Below, piece after piece: positions 1 through 8,985 of a DNA stretch of 32,546 nt. Under the pieces are notes generated by a model. The model saw only the letters and a list, made by a program, of their open reading frames with translations, was not told where the DNA came from and ran no database searches. The number at the start of each line of letters is the position of its first letter. The stretch's first letter is position 1. The DNA lies in IMG/VR virus record IMGVR_UViG_3300040985_001501, positions 1 to 32,546 of that record; one strand, given 5' to 3'. The position numbers and the translations under genes are program-made. Origin of the DNA: a virus (lineage: Duplodnaviria > Caudoviricetes).

Positions 1-2
1 GC

Positions 3-209
3 TCATGCGTCGTCACCGTAATCGACCTCCGGGTAACGAGCATCGCACACGTCGCAATCCACCGCCACCTCAACAATCGTGCCATTCATGCGTTCGCGCT
101 CCTCCAACATGACGACACCATGACACTTCGGGCATTCTTCGTCGCTCGGTATGTCCTCGTCGATCATGTAGTGTTCCACACCTGGCGGCAACCATCCGTC
201 TCTACTCAT
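3..209 (-). CDS. small Zn-ribbon hypothetical protein
   Basis: Start MSRDG after GGAGG RBS; CPKC...CDVC cysteine pairs. Confidence 0.6.
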   Translation of the reverse strand: MSRDGWLPPGVEHYMIDEDIPSDEECPKCHGVVMLEERERMNGTIVEVAVDCDVCDARYPEVDYGDDA

Positions 210-546
210 CGTTTCCTCCTTGAACCGCCATTTTAGCACGGTTCGTTAGTTCCTCCGCCCTTTCATATGCGACGAAATGCGCCGGCATATCAAGAAACCT
301 CGAACCCAACAAATCCAAATGAGCCTTCCTGTAGGCGTCGCAACCGTACCCCGATAGCTCACCGTCAGAGAACCGGGCGTGCATATCACACAACCACGAC
401 AGGTTCTCCAACACGTCGCGGGCATCACGGTTGCCGCCCATACCCCGACTGTGCGCGTGGGCTGCTTCTTTGCCTGCGTTGTAGCATTTCGGCCACTCGC
501 AGGTTCCTGCGGAGCGTTCGATAATCAGTAGCCGTAGTTCGCTCAT
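202..546 (-). CDS. HNH-like endonuclease
   Basis: R..GTCEWPKC...AAHAHSRGMGG...ENLSWLCDMH matches the phage HNH pattern. Confidence 0.7.
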   Translation of the reverse strand: MSELRLLIIERSAGTCEWPKCYNAGKEAAHAHSRGMGGNRDARDVLENLSWLCDMHARFSDGELSGYGCDAYRKAHLDLLGSRFLDMPAHFVAYERAEELTNRAKMAVQGGNDE

Positions 547-548
547 CT

Positions 549-1277
549 TCATGCGTTCAGGTACGCTTCCCGAACGTCCTTCGGCACACTCAACAAATGT
601 GCTTCCGGCCCAAACCGATTCCAATTATTGATAAGCGCCTGAGGATTACACGCCACCTTCGGCCACGCCTCCATATACCGACGACGAGCAGCAGCCAACG
701 ACTCCGGATCAATCTCCGCTGCGACCGCGGCTTTAGCTGCTTTGCCGAACCTGCCGCGCATATCGCCGACGGGTGTTCCGAACAGGACAACGAACTCTGA
801 ATACATTGATTGATAGGCGCGTTGGTTCTGTTCTGGTTCTTCTTCTGGTTTGGATGCAACAGGTTGCACCCCTGATGTGGTCGAAATTGCACCCCTAACT
901 GTCTCAGATTGCACCCCTAACGGTTTTTCCACGACACCGACAGGGATGCAGTTTTTGCACCCCATGTGCATCAGGAACGTCCTCGGCATCCGATTCCGCG
1001 GGATAGAAACCAGTCGTGCCTTCGCCGTGTCAGGCAGCCTGTCGAACGGTATCTCCTCCAACAATGGGCGGCCGCAAGAACCCTGATAGGTGAGGAGCTC
1101 GCCGATCAAAGTGACTGCTTGGCGTTTGCCGTACCCGGAACCAGCAGCGACCTTGCCGGCGGAGAGTGCTACGGCGTTGTCTTCGTCGTTGGCGGAGTTG
1201 GCGTAGACGATTGCTATGCCGCGTAGTGATCTTGGTAGGTCTGAGTCGATTACTGCGGCGATGTGTCGGACGCTCAT
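549..1277 (-). CDS. HTH-domain replication initiator-like protein
   Basis: N-terminal MSV..IAAV...L..IAIVYANSAND...AGSGYGKRQAV..IGEL resembles HTH_36 phage replication proteins; low-complexity linker; early-region position. Confidence 0.55.
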   Translation of the reverse strand: MSVRHIAAVIDSDLPRSLRGIAIVYANSANDEDNAVALSAGKVAAGSGYGKRQAVTLIGELLTYQGSCGRPLLEEIPFDRLPDTAKARLVSIPRNRMPRTFLMHMGCKNCIPVGVVEKPLGVQSETVRGAISTTSGVQPVASKPEEEPEQNQRAYQSMYSEFVVLFGTPVGDMRGRFGKAAKAAVAAEIDPESLAAARRRYMEAWPKVACNPQALINNWNRFGPEAHLLSVPKDVREAYLNA

Positions 1278-1564
1278 TCGGTTATCCCCATCGCCCGCCA
1301 GAACACGTTGCACATGGATTCCCACGCCGAGTTCTCAAAGCCTCTTGGTCGTTCACCTTCTGCCCACCAGTCGGGCATGTCGGGATACTCAAACCCCAAC
1401 CCGTTCGGACAGGACATACACAACGAGGGGCTTTCGGAGTAGGTGTGGGCATCAAAGCAGGGGCATCGCTTCGGCAGGATGCGCGCCAACATTGCCTGAG
1501 TGAATCCAGCGTTGGCCCGCTCGCGCCAATCGTGTAGGTCGTCTATGAACAGTGTTGGTTTCAT
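1274..1564 (-). CDS. hypothetical protein (Cys motifs)
   Basis: ATGA overlaps at both ends; CPC..H..C..C. Confidence 0.55.
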   Translation of the reverse strand: MKPTLFIDDLHDWRERANAGFTQAMLARILPKRCPCFDAHTYSESPSLCMSCPNGLGFEYPDMPDWWAEGERPRGFENSAWESMCNVFWRAMGITE

Positions 1565-2187
1565 GCTCCACAATCCTTCCTAGCCGCCACACCCGATCCT
1601 TCACGCACGTCATTCCAGTAGGCAGAACTCGGACAGTAACTTGATTCAGGCACATACACACCAAGCCTCCTAACCACCTGATAACTTCGACTGCAACTCC
1701 ACCACCACCAGAAGTTCGGTGCATCCACCCTAGCATTCACACCGCCATAAACCATATGCGACGCCAGGAACGACGACTGACGAACATCGAACACATCAAC
1801 GAACGGGAACCCGAGGCGTTCAGGCCAGTTCAAATGCTCCATGAACGACCAAATACCGTCTGTGCCGCCACCCCACCGCACAGTATTCGCGGTGACGGAA
1901 AGGCCACTCTCGCACTGAACCACGGCCATCGCGTGAATCAGATCCTCCGAGCCCCCACCCTCAATACCATACCTGTCAGACACCCATTGTTCGGAGAAGA
2001 ACGGTGCCAAATCGCGGCACACATCGAACCACTGCGCCCGTTCCGCCGGTTCGTCAAGCTGCCAGTACCAGCCCAGGTCGCCGGCCTGGATGATCTGGTA
2101 GGCCCATCCGCAGTCCGATATGGTGTCGGGTTGCGGCGTGTCAATCGTCGGCGTTGTGAGTGCGAGTGCGAGCAGTAGAGGAATCAT
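1561..2187 (-). CDS. secreted lysozyme-like / lytic transglycosylase (SLT-like) protein
   Basis: Signal peptide MIPLLLALAL; AMAVVQCESG catalytic Glu motif followed by GIWSF (degenerate GLxQ). Confidence 0.55.
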   Translation of the reverse strand: MIPLLLALALTTPTIDTPQPDTISDCGWAYQIIQAGDLGWYWQLDEPAERAQWFDVCRDLAPFFSEQWVSDRYGIEGGGSEDLIHAMAVVQCESGLSVTANTVRWGGGTDGIWSFMEHLNWPERLGFPFVDVFDVRQSSFLASHMVYGGVNARVDAPNFWWWWSCSRSYQVVRRLGVYVPESSYCPSSAYWNDVREGSGVAARKDCGA

Positions 2188-2196
2188 CAGACCATC

Positions 2197-2403
2197 TTAG
2201 ACGGAACCATATGGACGCCGCATCAGAAACGCAGACCAGGACTGCCACCCGCACCACCGCGACCTATGGAAGCAGGAGCGGCGTCGCGACCAGTGTGGTT
2301 TCAGTGTGCAATACCACAGATGGCGTTTGCGGTATCGGGGTTTCGCTTTCTCTGCTAAGTCGAAAGCCAATACCTCTGCGAATCCGAGCATGTCGTCAGT
2401 CAT
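2197..2403 (-). CDS. hypothetical protein
   Basis: Start MTDDML overlaps the upstream stop (ATGA). Confidence 0.45.
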   Translation of the reverse strand: MTDDMLGFAEVLAFDLAEKAKPRYRKRHLWYCTLKPHWSRRRSCFHRSRWCGWQSWSAFLMRRPYGSV

Positions 2404-2525
2404 GCGGTCCACACGATCCACACTGCTGCCCACATTAGGCCACAGATAATCACGCCGACGATGATACCGAGCGCAGCGAACGCGTCTCGTAGCTCCATTC
2501 GGATCTGTGTTGAGGGGTCCATCAT
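2400..2525 (-). CDS. small single-TM membrane protein (41 aa)
   Basis: MMDPSTQIRMELRDAFAALGIIVGVIICGLMWAAVWIVWTA; AGGTGG RBS; too short for the ORF track. Confidence 0.5.
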   Translation of the reverse strand: MMDPSTQIRMELRDAFAALGIIVGVIICGLMWAAVWIVWTA

Positions 2526-2579
2526 TCCACCTTTCATTGTACCGCGTCGCCTTACAGTTTGTACCGTACCATGCGACAC

Positions 2580-3170
2580 CTATTCGACCTGGGTTTTCAC
2601 GAACTCCGCGATCAACGCGGCCTGACCCTCATCCGCCCGATCACCCTTACGCACACCAGCAGCCGACAGGGCCAACAAGAACACCGCCGGGGCCTCCGCC
2701 CTACCGACAACCTTCAACGTGTTCTGCCACGCCTGCTCATGCGGATCATTCGACCTATCCACCGCAGCACGCCGCGGCTCCACCGACGCCGCGTCATCAT
2801 CATCATCCGGGGCCACACCAAGCGCCGCAGACAACCCATACCGACGCGCATACGTTATCGCAGAGCCCGCCTGCTGCGCCGTGTTGCCTGCCGGGAGTAC
2901 CAGCGGGCCGTATTCCTGGTCCCAGCCGTCAACATGCGACAGGACCGTCGAGACAGCTACGTCGCCGTTGTGGTCTGTCACTGACTGTGACACCGCCAAA
3001 CCGTGCTTCGCAAGGTGGGGCCGTACTTCGGCGAGGATGTCGGGGAGTGACGCGAACGAATACGAATACTGGCCGGTGTTCACGTCGTTGCCCTTATGAA
3101 TCGCCGGCATATCAGTCCATGCTGCGACTAGCGCCTTGTTGAATGCCTTTTTTTCGTCTGTGATGCTCAT
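2580..3170 (-). CDS. erf: ERF-family ssDNA annealing protein
   Basis: YSFASLPDIL...KHGL...AQQAGSAITYARRYGLSAALGVAPDDDDDA signature. Confidence 0.9.
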   Translation of the reverse strand: MSITDEKKAFNKALVAAWTDMPAIHKGNDVNTGQYSYSFASLPDILAEVRPHLAKHGLAVSQSVTDHNGDVAVSTVLSHVDGWDQEYGPLVLPAGNTAQQAGSAITYARRYGLSAALGVAPDDDDDAASVEPRRAAVDRSNDPHEQAWQNTLKVVGRAEAPAVFLLALSAAGVRKGDRADEGQAALIAEFVKTQVE

Positions 3171-3373
3171 GCGTTGTCCTCCCATAGTTCGTCGTTCTGA
3201 ATCTTCGCCGCTGCGCACTCAGCGCAGACATGCGGACAGGAACCCGCTTCCTCAATCTTTGACAGCGCGGCAACCACTCCTGCGTTCCACCCATCCACCC
3301 ACTGCAACTGGTCAGATATGAACTCGTCTGAATAGTCTGACAGGTCTTCTAGCAAACACTCAACGGACCTCAT
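3167..3373 (-). CDS. hypothetical protein
   Basis: Coupled ORF; GWNA motif, CPHVCAEC. Confidence 0.5.
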   Translation of the reverse strand: MRSVECLLEDLSDYSDEFISDQLQWVDGWNAGVVAALSKIEEAGSCPHVCAECAAAKIQNDELWEDNA

Positions 3374-3657
3374 GCTGCTTCCTCTTTCCATCTGATAGTC
3401 CGCGACACCGCGATCTGCGACCCGCCATCATGGTAATGCACAATCGTCTCCTCACCGACATGCACCGCCCCACTATTCGCCAACCTGCGAACCGCTGATC
3501 CGACAGTTACTTTCAGCGAGTCGGTGATCTCACAACCCCTGATGCGTGCGGCTTCCATTACTAGCCGTGTCGTTGTCCAGTGTTCCCAATGATACGTTTC
3601 GAGTATGTCACGAACTAGGACTGTGGTGTTTGCCGGTTTGAACGGTGCATCAATCAT
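3370..3657 (-). CDS. putative winged-helix DNA-binding protein
   Basis: GGAGG RBS; helical pattern ending VGSAVRRLANSGAV. Confidence 0.45.
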   Translation of the reverse strand: MIDAPFKPANTTVLVRDILETYHWEHWTTTRLVMEAARIRGCEITDSLKVTVGSAVRRLANSGAVHVGEETIVHYHDGGSQIAVSRTIRWKEEAA

Positions 3658-3908
3658 TGTTCCTCCTTCAAGCACGCAAACAGTTTGTTCTCAGCATCAA
3701 AAGCGTTCCACATGCACCGACGCAACGACAGGCCGCCGCCCTCCGGTCCCTTAGTCCAGAACGATATTTCGTCGTTGCTGTTCGTTCGGTAAGACAACTC
3801 AAACCACCAGCGCGACCAGTATCCGGGCCACGGTCTACGCCATGCGGGTGCAGGCATAATGTCGATGGTTGTTTGGAACGCCCCGTAGTCCTGTGTGTAT
3901 GTGAGCAT
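3654..3908 (-). CDS. hypothetical protein
   Basis: AGGAGG RBS; Trp-rich. Confidence 0.5.
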   Translation of the reverse strand: MLTYTQDYGAFQTTIDIMPAPAWRRPWPGYWSRWWFELSYRTNSNDEISFWTKGPEGGGLSLRRCMWNAFDAENKLFACLKEEQ

Positions 3909-3916
3909 TGTTCCTC

Positions 3917-4207
3917 CTATCGTTTCCACGAATACTCATTACGATTAAACGGACCAGCCATCGGCGTCGGCGACCGGTCACGCCTCGACACAATCACCCC
4001 ATCATGCAACAGGCGGTAAATCTTACGCCGAACCGCAGACTCAGACGGCCGCTTACCAGACCGCGACTCAATCTCCGCCACCATCTGCACTGCTGTCAAC
4101 CACTCCCCCTCGTAGAGCTCAAGAATGTCAGCGACCCACGCCGACACACCACAAGAAACGAATCCGCCAGTAGCTGCCTGCGCGTACTCACGTTCAAACG
4201 CCTGCAT
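3917..4207 (-). CDS. putative winged-helix DNA-binding protein
   Basis: WLTAVQMVAEI...SESAVRRKIYRLLHDGVI; TGATG overlap with upstream gene. Confidence 0.5.
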   Translation of the reverse strand: MQAFEREYAQAATGGFVSCGVSAWVADILELYEGEWLTAVQMVAEIESRSGKRPSESAVRRKIYRLLHDGVIVSRRDRSPTPMAGPFNRNEYSWKR

Positions 4208-4506
4208 CACAGCCACGCATTCGGATTATGCGCCAGGAACTCCAGGCGGACCTCATCGGCAGCGACGTTCTCCTCCACCCACAAAGTCACGAACCCGCAG
4301 CCAGAACAATGCCAACGCCAAGTATCAGACCAGCAACGAGAGCAGCCGCCGGCCTGTGTGTCGCGTCGGTGGTTGTAACCGAGCCGCGGGTTGGGGTGGC
4401 ATTTGCGTAGCGTTTTGACGTTGACGCCGATGGGGAGGTATTCGACGCGGTAGGTGTGTCGGCATGTGACGCAGATCCCAACATGGCCGCAAGTACAATC
4501 ACGCAT
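4207..4506 (-). CDS. Cys-rich Zn-finger hypothetical protein
   Basis: CTC, CVTC, CSRC and CSGC motifs. Confidence 0.55.
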   Translation of the reverse strand: MRDCTCGHVGICVTCRHTYRVEYLPIGVNVKTLRKCHPNPRLGYNHRRDTQAGGCSRCWSDTWRWHCSGCGFVTLWVEENVAADEVRLEFLAHNPNAWL

Positions 4507-4693
4507 TGCGTTCGTCCTCGTCTGCTAGGTCGTTCCAACAGTCTACGCAGTGCAAACCGATGTCCTGTGGTTTGGTGCCACAATAAGCGCACACATCCAG
4601 CGTGTCCGGCGGTTTCCAACCTTCCTCGTCGCCTGTGTCGCCGTCCCAGATCAGTTCAGGTTTGATGTTCTCAATCTCGTTCGGGTCAGACAT
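4499..4693 (-). CDS. small Zn-finger hypothetical protein
   Basis: AGGAGG RBS before MSDPNE; CAYC..CVDC. Confidence 0.5.
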   Translation of the reverse strand: MSDPNEIENIKPELIWDGDTGDEEGWKPPDTLDVCAYCGTKPQDIGLHCVDCWNDLADEDERNA

Positions 4694-4898
4694 TGAAGTT
4701 CCTCCTATACCCCGCCACAGCGCCAGCAACATAATCGAACACGCTGCCAGACGCTATCCGACCCAACACCACATCAATGCACAAGGCGCTACTGATGTTC
4801 AGCAGGAACACTTTTGCTTCCACGCTCGGCGCATCCTGATACAAGTCGTCGAACACATCGCCCACCAAACCAAGAGCACTATCCGTTGTAGCCTGCAC
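4686..4898 (-). CDS. hypothetical protein
   Basis: GGAGG RBS, GTG start. Confidence 0.45.
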   Translation of the reverse strand: MQATTDSALGLVGDVFDDLYQDAPSVEAKVFLLNISSALCIDVVLGRIASGSVFDYVAGAVAGYRRNFNV

Positions 4899-5028
4899 GT
4901 TCTTCCTCCTTCATCAACCACGCTTCTGCTTCTGCCACTGTGCCAACATCATCGTCAGGATGGCCGTGAACAGGACACAGGCTGTCCTCAACCAGCCGTC
5001 CGCAATGGCCGCAATACAGGTCGTCCAT
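4879..5028 (-). CDS. small Zn-finger protein (49 aa)
   Basis: MDDLYCGHCGRLVEDSLCPVHG...; TGATG overlap with upstream gene. Confidence 0.5.
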   Translation of the reverse strand: MDDLYCGHCGRLVEDSLCPVHGHPDDDVGTVAEAEAWLMKEEERAGYNG

Positions 5029-5294
5029 CAGTCCTCCCAGATGCGTAGGTCGGAGAACGGATCGTCAGTAGCTGCGTCAAAGATTTCGATGCCCGAGAAG
5101 TTGTGTGCGTTCACAGTTCCCCCTACGAGCAGTTTGCGTCCGTGACGGTACGCGGTGCCTGTCACCTTCCATGTCCGTCCTGTGACCGCGTAGCCGATAA
5201 GGTCCATCTGTTCTATGTGCATGTCGGTGACTTCGCACTGATACTCATGCTCAACGAACTGACGAACATTCATCCAATTCGGCTGCTCCACCAT
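5028..5294 (-). CDS. hypothetical protein
   Basis: AAGGAGG RBS; 88 aa. Confidence 0.6.
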   Translation of the reverse strand: MVEQPNWMNVRQFVEHEYQCEVTDMHIEQMDLIGYAVTGRTWKVTGTAYRHGRKLLVGGTVNAHNFSGIEIFDAATDDPFSDLRIWED

Positions 5295-5324
5295 TGTTCC
5301 TCCTTGATTCCACGCCTTTGTACT

Positions 5325-5546
5325 CTACCTGATTTCGATGATCGCCTCATGCCAAAAACTGCGCTGCCTCGGTCGGCTATCACGCTTGTCTGGCAAACCT
5401 GCTTTGGTGATCCGTCGTGCCATAACCGTGATCCAGCGGCTACCGACTTCGATGACTTCATCAACGCGGAGAACGTGAGTTTCAAACACCAGATCGTTCG
5501 GGACGTACATCTCTGTGGCCTGAGTGCGGGTGGTTGGTTTCTCCAT
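5325..5546 (-). CDS. hypothetical protein, first gene of early operon
   Basis: ATG 6 nt after TACAAT (leaderless); RITKAGLPDKR motif. Confidence 0.55.
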   Translation of the reverse strand: MEKPTTRTQATEMYVPNDLVFETHVLRVDEVIEVGSRWITVMARRITKAGLPDKRDSRPRQRSFWHEAIIEIR

Positions 5547-5573
5547 ACACATATTGTAGCACATATCGCTACA
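5547..5573 (-). promoter_or_regulatory. extended -10 promoter (TGcTACAAT) overlapped by the inverted repeat TGTAGC-N7-GCTACA
   Basis: Minus strand tgtagcgatatgtgctacaatatgtgtATG, directly after a terminator. Confidence 0.55.
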
Positions 5574-5590
5574 CCATGTGGGCGTTCCGC

Positions 5591-5632
5591 AAAAAAGGGA
5601 GGGTCGCAGGGGTGGAAACCTGCGACCCTCCC
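5591..5632 (-). terminator. intrinsic terminator ending the late/lysis transcript
   Basis: 14-bp perfect stem GGGAGGGTCGCAGG/CCTGCGACCCTCCC followed by T6 on the minus strand. Confidence 0.9.
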
Positions 5633-5715
5633 AGGACCGACGGGGGGAGGAAAACCCACATCACCGGCCCAACGGCCACGCCCCAGAGGTGGACGCGCCG
5701 AACCTCATCATAACC

Positions 5716-6273
5716 TCAATAGGTAACACTCCGAACAGTGTCCCGAAGCCACGGCCACACTGTTGACTTCACCGCAGCCAACCCCGCAGCAACCACAGGA
5801 ATCAGCCAACCGTTAGCCAACCACACAGCCGCTGACACCTGCCACAGTGTGTGAAACGACCGCCCAACAACATCCAACACATGCGACTTCGACGGCGGCC
5901 ACGGCAACCAACCCCCAACACGCACACCCAGCCACGCCGCCCACCGCTTCACCCGACCAATACCATCAGCTTTCATCAACTTCAAAAAGTAGCGGTCAGC
6001 GTCAAACCGATTGAACCTACGGTGCGGTATAACCGCCGCCGTAGCCATAAACCCCCTAGTGCGATAAATGAAATCATGCACCAACGGGGCGCGGACACCG
6101 AGCTCAGTCCGATCAACGAACGGCCGTAGGAACCTGGGGATCGAACTCAGGTCAAACGTGAACCCCTCAGGAACAGTCAGAACCGACCCGTTCACTGTCG
6201 TAGACCAGTCCTCCTCTAAATAGAACTCGCCTTCGTCCCAACCCAACTGTGGGCCGCCAGGAACATTACGCAT
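5716..6273 (-). CDS. DUF1353-like protein with holin-like hydrophobic C-terminus
   Basis: VPEGFTFDLSSIPR...APLVHDFIY...ADRYF..LM..DGI (DUF1353-like); tail RSFHTLWQ...VAAGLAAVKS; GGAGG RBS. Confidence 0.65.
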   Translation of the reverse strand: MRNVPGGPQLGWDEGEFYLEEDWSTTVNGSVLTVPEGFTFDLSSIPRFLRPFVDRTELGVRAPLVHDFIYRTRGFMATAAVIPHRRFNRFDADRYFLKLMKADGIGRVKRWAAWLGVRVGGWLPWPPSKSHVLDVVGRSFHTLWQVSAAVWLANGWLIPVVAAGLAAVKSTVWPWLRDTVRSVTY

Positions 6274-6281
6274 ACAACCTC

Positions 6282-7079
6282 CTACGGGTAGGTGAGCAAC
6301 GCCTGCCACGTCGCATCATCAACAAGACCAGACGCCACAAGCTGCTTCGACGTTTGGAACGAACGGACACCATGCTGCGTCCGCGGACCGGCCATACCGT
6401 CGAACACGCCGTTCAGGTTGTTTCCTTCCCAAGACAGGAACCCACGTCTAGCGAGCATCGCCTGCAAGTCCTGCACGTTCGGGTCCGTCGCATACGGCGG
6501 ACCGAACTTCACGACAGGCGGACGTGTGACAGGGAACGGCAACGACGACGGTGGTTGCACAGGTTGTCCGAACATGCCTTCCAACCGTGGGTCCAACCAC
6601 ACCGCGCCACCGTAACGGGAATGCCAGATACCCGACTTATCAGGGTTATAGCCGCCATCCAAACGGAGCAACCCCATATGCACATGATCGTAATTCGCCA
6701 ACCCCGTGTGCCCCACATAACCGATCTGCTCACCCTGCTCCACAACCTCACCCGCGACAACGAGCAGTTCGTCGTGATGCAATGCCCGCGACATTTCAAG
6801 GTCGCCACCCACATCACGGAAATCATGCAGGAGCTCAACGAACTTACCGGCCGAAGGATTCGACAGCACCTTCGACCCGGCCCAATGCACATAACCGTCA
6901 GCAACCGCTACCGAAGGAGTGCGGAACCGCGACGAGAAATCGACGCCATCGTGGCCCGACCGGTCGCCGGGTTGGTTCCAATGCGGATTGTAACCGGCGC
7001 GTAACTCGGCGTTGAACCAGTCGTACTTCTCTCGTGGTTCCCTGTATTGTTCCGGTGTCGGACTGATATACCTGCTCAT
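6282..7079 (-). CDS. endolysin: M23 peptidase plus peptidoglycan-binding domain
   Basis: HDGVD, ALH, GEQIGYVGHTG...HVH (M23); VQDLQAML..RG...DGMAGPRT..VRSFQ..KQL..SGLVD..TW (PG_binding_1). Confidence 0.9.
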   Translation of the reverse strand: MSRYISPTPEQYREPREKYDWFNAELRAGYNPHWNQPGDRSGHDGVDFSSRFRTPSVAVADGYVHWAGSKVLSNPSAGKFVELLHDFRDVGGDLEMSRALHHDELLVVAGEVVEQGEQIGYVGHTGLANYDHVHMGLLRLDGGYNPDKSGIWHSRYGGAVWLDPRLEGMFGQPVQPPSSLPFPVTRPPVVKFGPPYATDPNVQDLQAMLARRGFLSWEGNNLNGVFDGMAGPRTQHGVRSFQTSKQLVASGLVDDATWQALLTYP

Positions 7080-7188
7080 AGTTCCCAACTGTTATCTAGA
7101 CCGAGCGACTTCATAAACCGGCGGTAACGGAACCGTCGAATGAACTGCCACCACTTCGGTTCGCTAATACTGCAACAACCGCACTTAC

Positions 7189-8394
7189 TCATAGGATCTC
7201 CAAACTGTTCCAACCGCCATTACCCACAACCAGAGTCAACGTCCCCGGTGTAGTGCGGCTTCCTGACTGATGCTCAAACCACTCGCTGCCACCATCCAAC
7301 GTCGGACACTGCAACCACGTTCGACCAGCGTCCGCTTTGCAAGCGAAATGATGGTAATGCGCCGTCACCAGAATATCAGCATCACCGATAGGATGCCGGC
7401 CGTGCTGCTGCCCCTTCCACCATCCCTCAATCTTCTGCGGAATCGACGAACCCCTAGTGGCCTGATGTCCGTGAGCGAACCCCACCACAGTGCCACACAA
7501 ATCCAACGTGACAGTGAGCTCAGAGTCCGGTATCACAAACGACACATGCGAATATGAATCCGACTCACCTAGAATCTCGGCGACCTGCTCAAACACCGCG
7601 GTGTCATCATTGTCACCGAACGTCGTGAACGCCTCACCATTCGACCGATGTTCGCCGTGGTTACCTGGCACAGCTAGAACGACGACTTTGCCGAACAGGG
7701 GTGCCCACGCGGTAATCATCTTCACCAACAGGCGGCGCGCGACCTTCACCTGTTGTCGGCGGTCCAACTCCACGTCGAACGCCTGCATCGGATAATGCCC
7801 CTCGCAGCCCTCCACAAGATCGCCCAGACCGGCGACATACAGGGTGGACAGTTCGACACCTGACTTGCGTAGAGCGCCTACTCGGTGCTGCACCTTGTCA
7901 ATCAGCATCAGACACCGATGCACAATGCCCTCAGTGCCGTCGCCGTCGCGTTTGCCTAGCTGCCAATCAGCCAGATTGACTAGGAACGCCGCGCCAGTGT
8001 CGGATGGTTTTGGCGGTGCCTTCTTGTGTGAACGGATCTCCGAAATGAGTTTGTCGTAATCCGGGTCAATGTCCGGTCTGTGTAGCCGGAGGCCTGAGCG
8101 GAACACCCAGCGGATCGCGGAAACAGCGTCCTCACCCTGCTCTGTTCTTGCCCAGCCGTGGTAGGCGGTGAACTTCACTGGTTCCACGACAGCGAACTTC
8201 TCAGGGTCAACACCCCAATATGACAGTTCGTCATCCCAATCCGTAGGTGCCTCAACCCGCGGCTGCGTGGTGACGGTGCCGTGGTCGCCGTCCCACACAA
8301 TGCCAGGTTCCCACCCCTCCGGGTGTGATGGCCGCTGCGGAGCCCTATCTTGAATGTCGCGTCTCGTTGCTGCCAAATCGTCTTTCAACGACAT
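7189..8394 (-). CDS. calcineurin-like metallophosphoesterase
   Basis: ADWQLGK, GDLVEG, VPGNHG, AHGH and AHYHH motifs. Confidence 0.85.
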   Translation of the reverse strand: MSLKDDLAATRRDIQDRAPQRPSHPEGWEPGIVWDGDHGTVTTQPRVEAPTDWDDELSYWGVDPEKFAVVEPVKFTAYHGWARTEQGEDAVSAIRWVFRSGLRLHRPDIDPDYDKLISEIRSHKKAPPKPSDTGAAFLVNLADWQLGKRDGDGTEGIVHRCLMLIDKVQHRVGALRKSGVELSTLYVAGLGDLVEGCEGHYPMQAFDVELDRRQQVKVARRLLVKMITAWAPLFGKVVVLAVPGNHGEHRSNGEAFTTFGDNDDTAVFEQVAEILGESDSYSHVSFVIPDSELTVTLDLCGTVVGFAHGHQATRGSSIPQKIEGWWKGQQHGRHPIGDADILVTAHYHHFACKADAGRTWLQCPTLDGGSEWFEHQSGSRTTPGTLTLVVGNGGWNSLEIL

Positions 8395-8624
8395 TGCACA
8401 CACTCCCCACGTCGATGACGGCCAACCCACTTCGCCGCACCCATAGGAGCGCCGTACTTCACCAACTCGCCACCCAGGCGTTCATGTGTCCACGAACCAT
8501 CGCCGAGCGCCTCCAGAGCGGCGTCACGGTCCTCTGAGTCAAGTGTGTCCAACCAGGCTGCCCAACCGCAACCGGCGACACCCCTATCCTCAACCGAATC
8601 CAGGGTTTCTTTCAGTCCCACCAT
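8385..8624 (-). CDS. small hypothetical protein, partner of the phosphoesterase
   Basis: GGAGG RBS; TATAAT at 8651-8656 upstream; GC..W...VGRHRRGECVQC. Confidence 0.6.
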   Translation of the reverse strand: MVGLKETLDSVEDRGVAGCGWAAWLDTLDSEDRDAALEALGDGSWTHERLGGELVKYGAPMGAAKWVGRHRRGECVQCR

Positions 8625-8676
8625 GTTCCTCCAACTAGGGGATCACCCGCATTATAGACGACGAGAGCGCCAAAAC

Positions 8677-8985
8677 CTACACTAACCGCGCTTTCAACTC
8701 GGCTATCTCCGCCAAATACAATGCCTCCTGCTGCACCCACTGGCCCTTCTCAGACAACAACGACGACACCATCTCCGAATAGCCGAGCTCGTCCTGCACC
8801 TGAAAATGGCGTTCCTCCGCCTTATCCTTACCCCGTTCCTTCACCAACAGGATCGCAGTAGGAATACCCGCAACAAGAGCACCGAACAATGCCGAATAAA
8901 CGGTTTCGGCAGTCAACGCATACAGAGACGCGACACTGGCTTGGATTGTTAGGACGCCTTTAGACCACGCGAAGGAACGGATCAC
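8677..8985 (-). CDS. membrane protein with coiled-coil tail (holin/lysis-associated candidate)
   Basis: Hydrophobic SALFGALVAGIPTAILLV followed by a charged helical tail. Confidence 0.5.
   Translation of the reverse strand: MIRSFAWSKGVLTIQASVASLYALTAETVYSALFGALVAGIPTAILLVKERGKDKAEERHFQVQDELGYSEMVSSLLSEKGQWVQQEALYLAEIAELKARLV

Noticed and set aside
5633-5715. GC-rich spacer with a possible extra hairpin before the terminator (ncRNA?)
   Set aside because: Pairing is imperfect and there is no tRNA or known RNA signature; cannot be supported without covariation data
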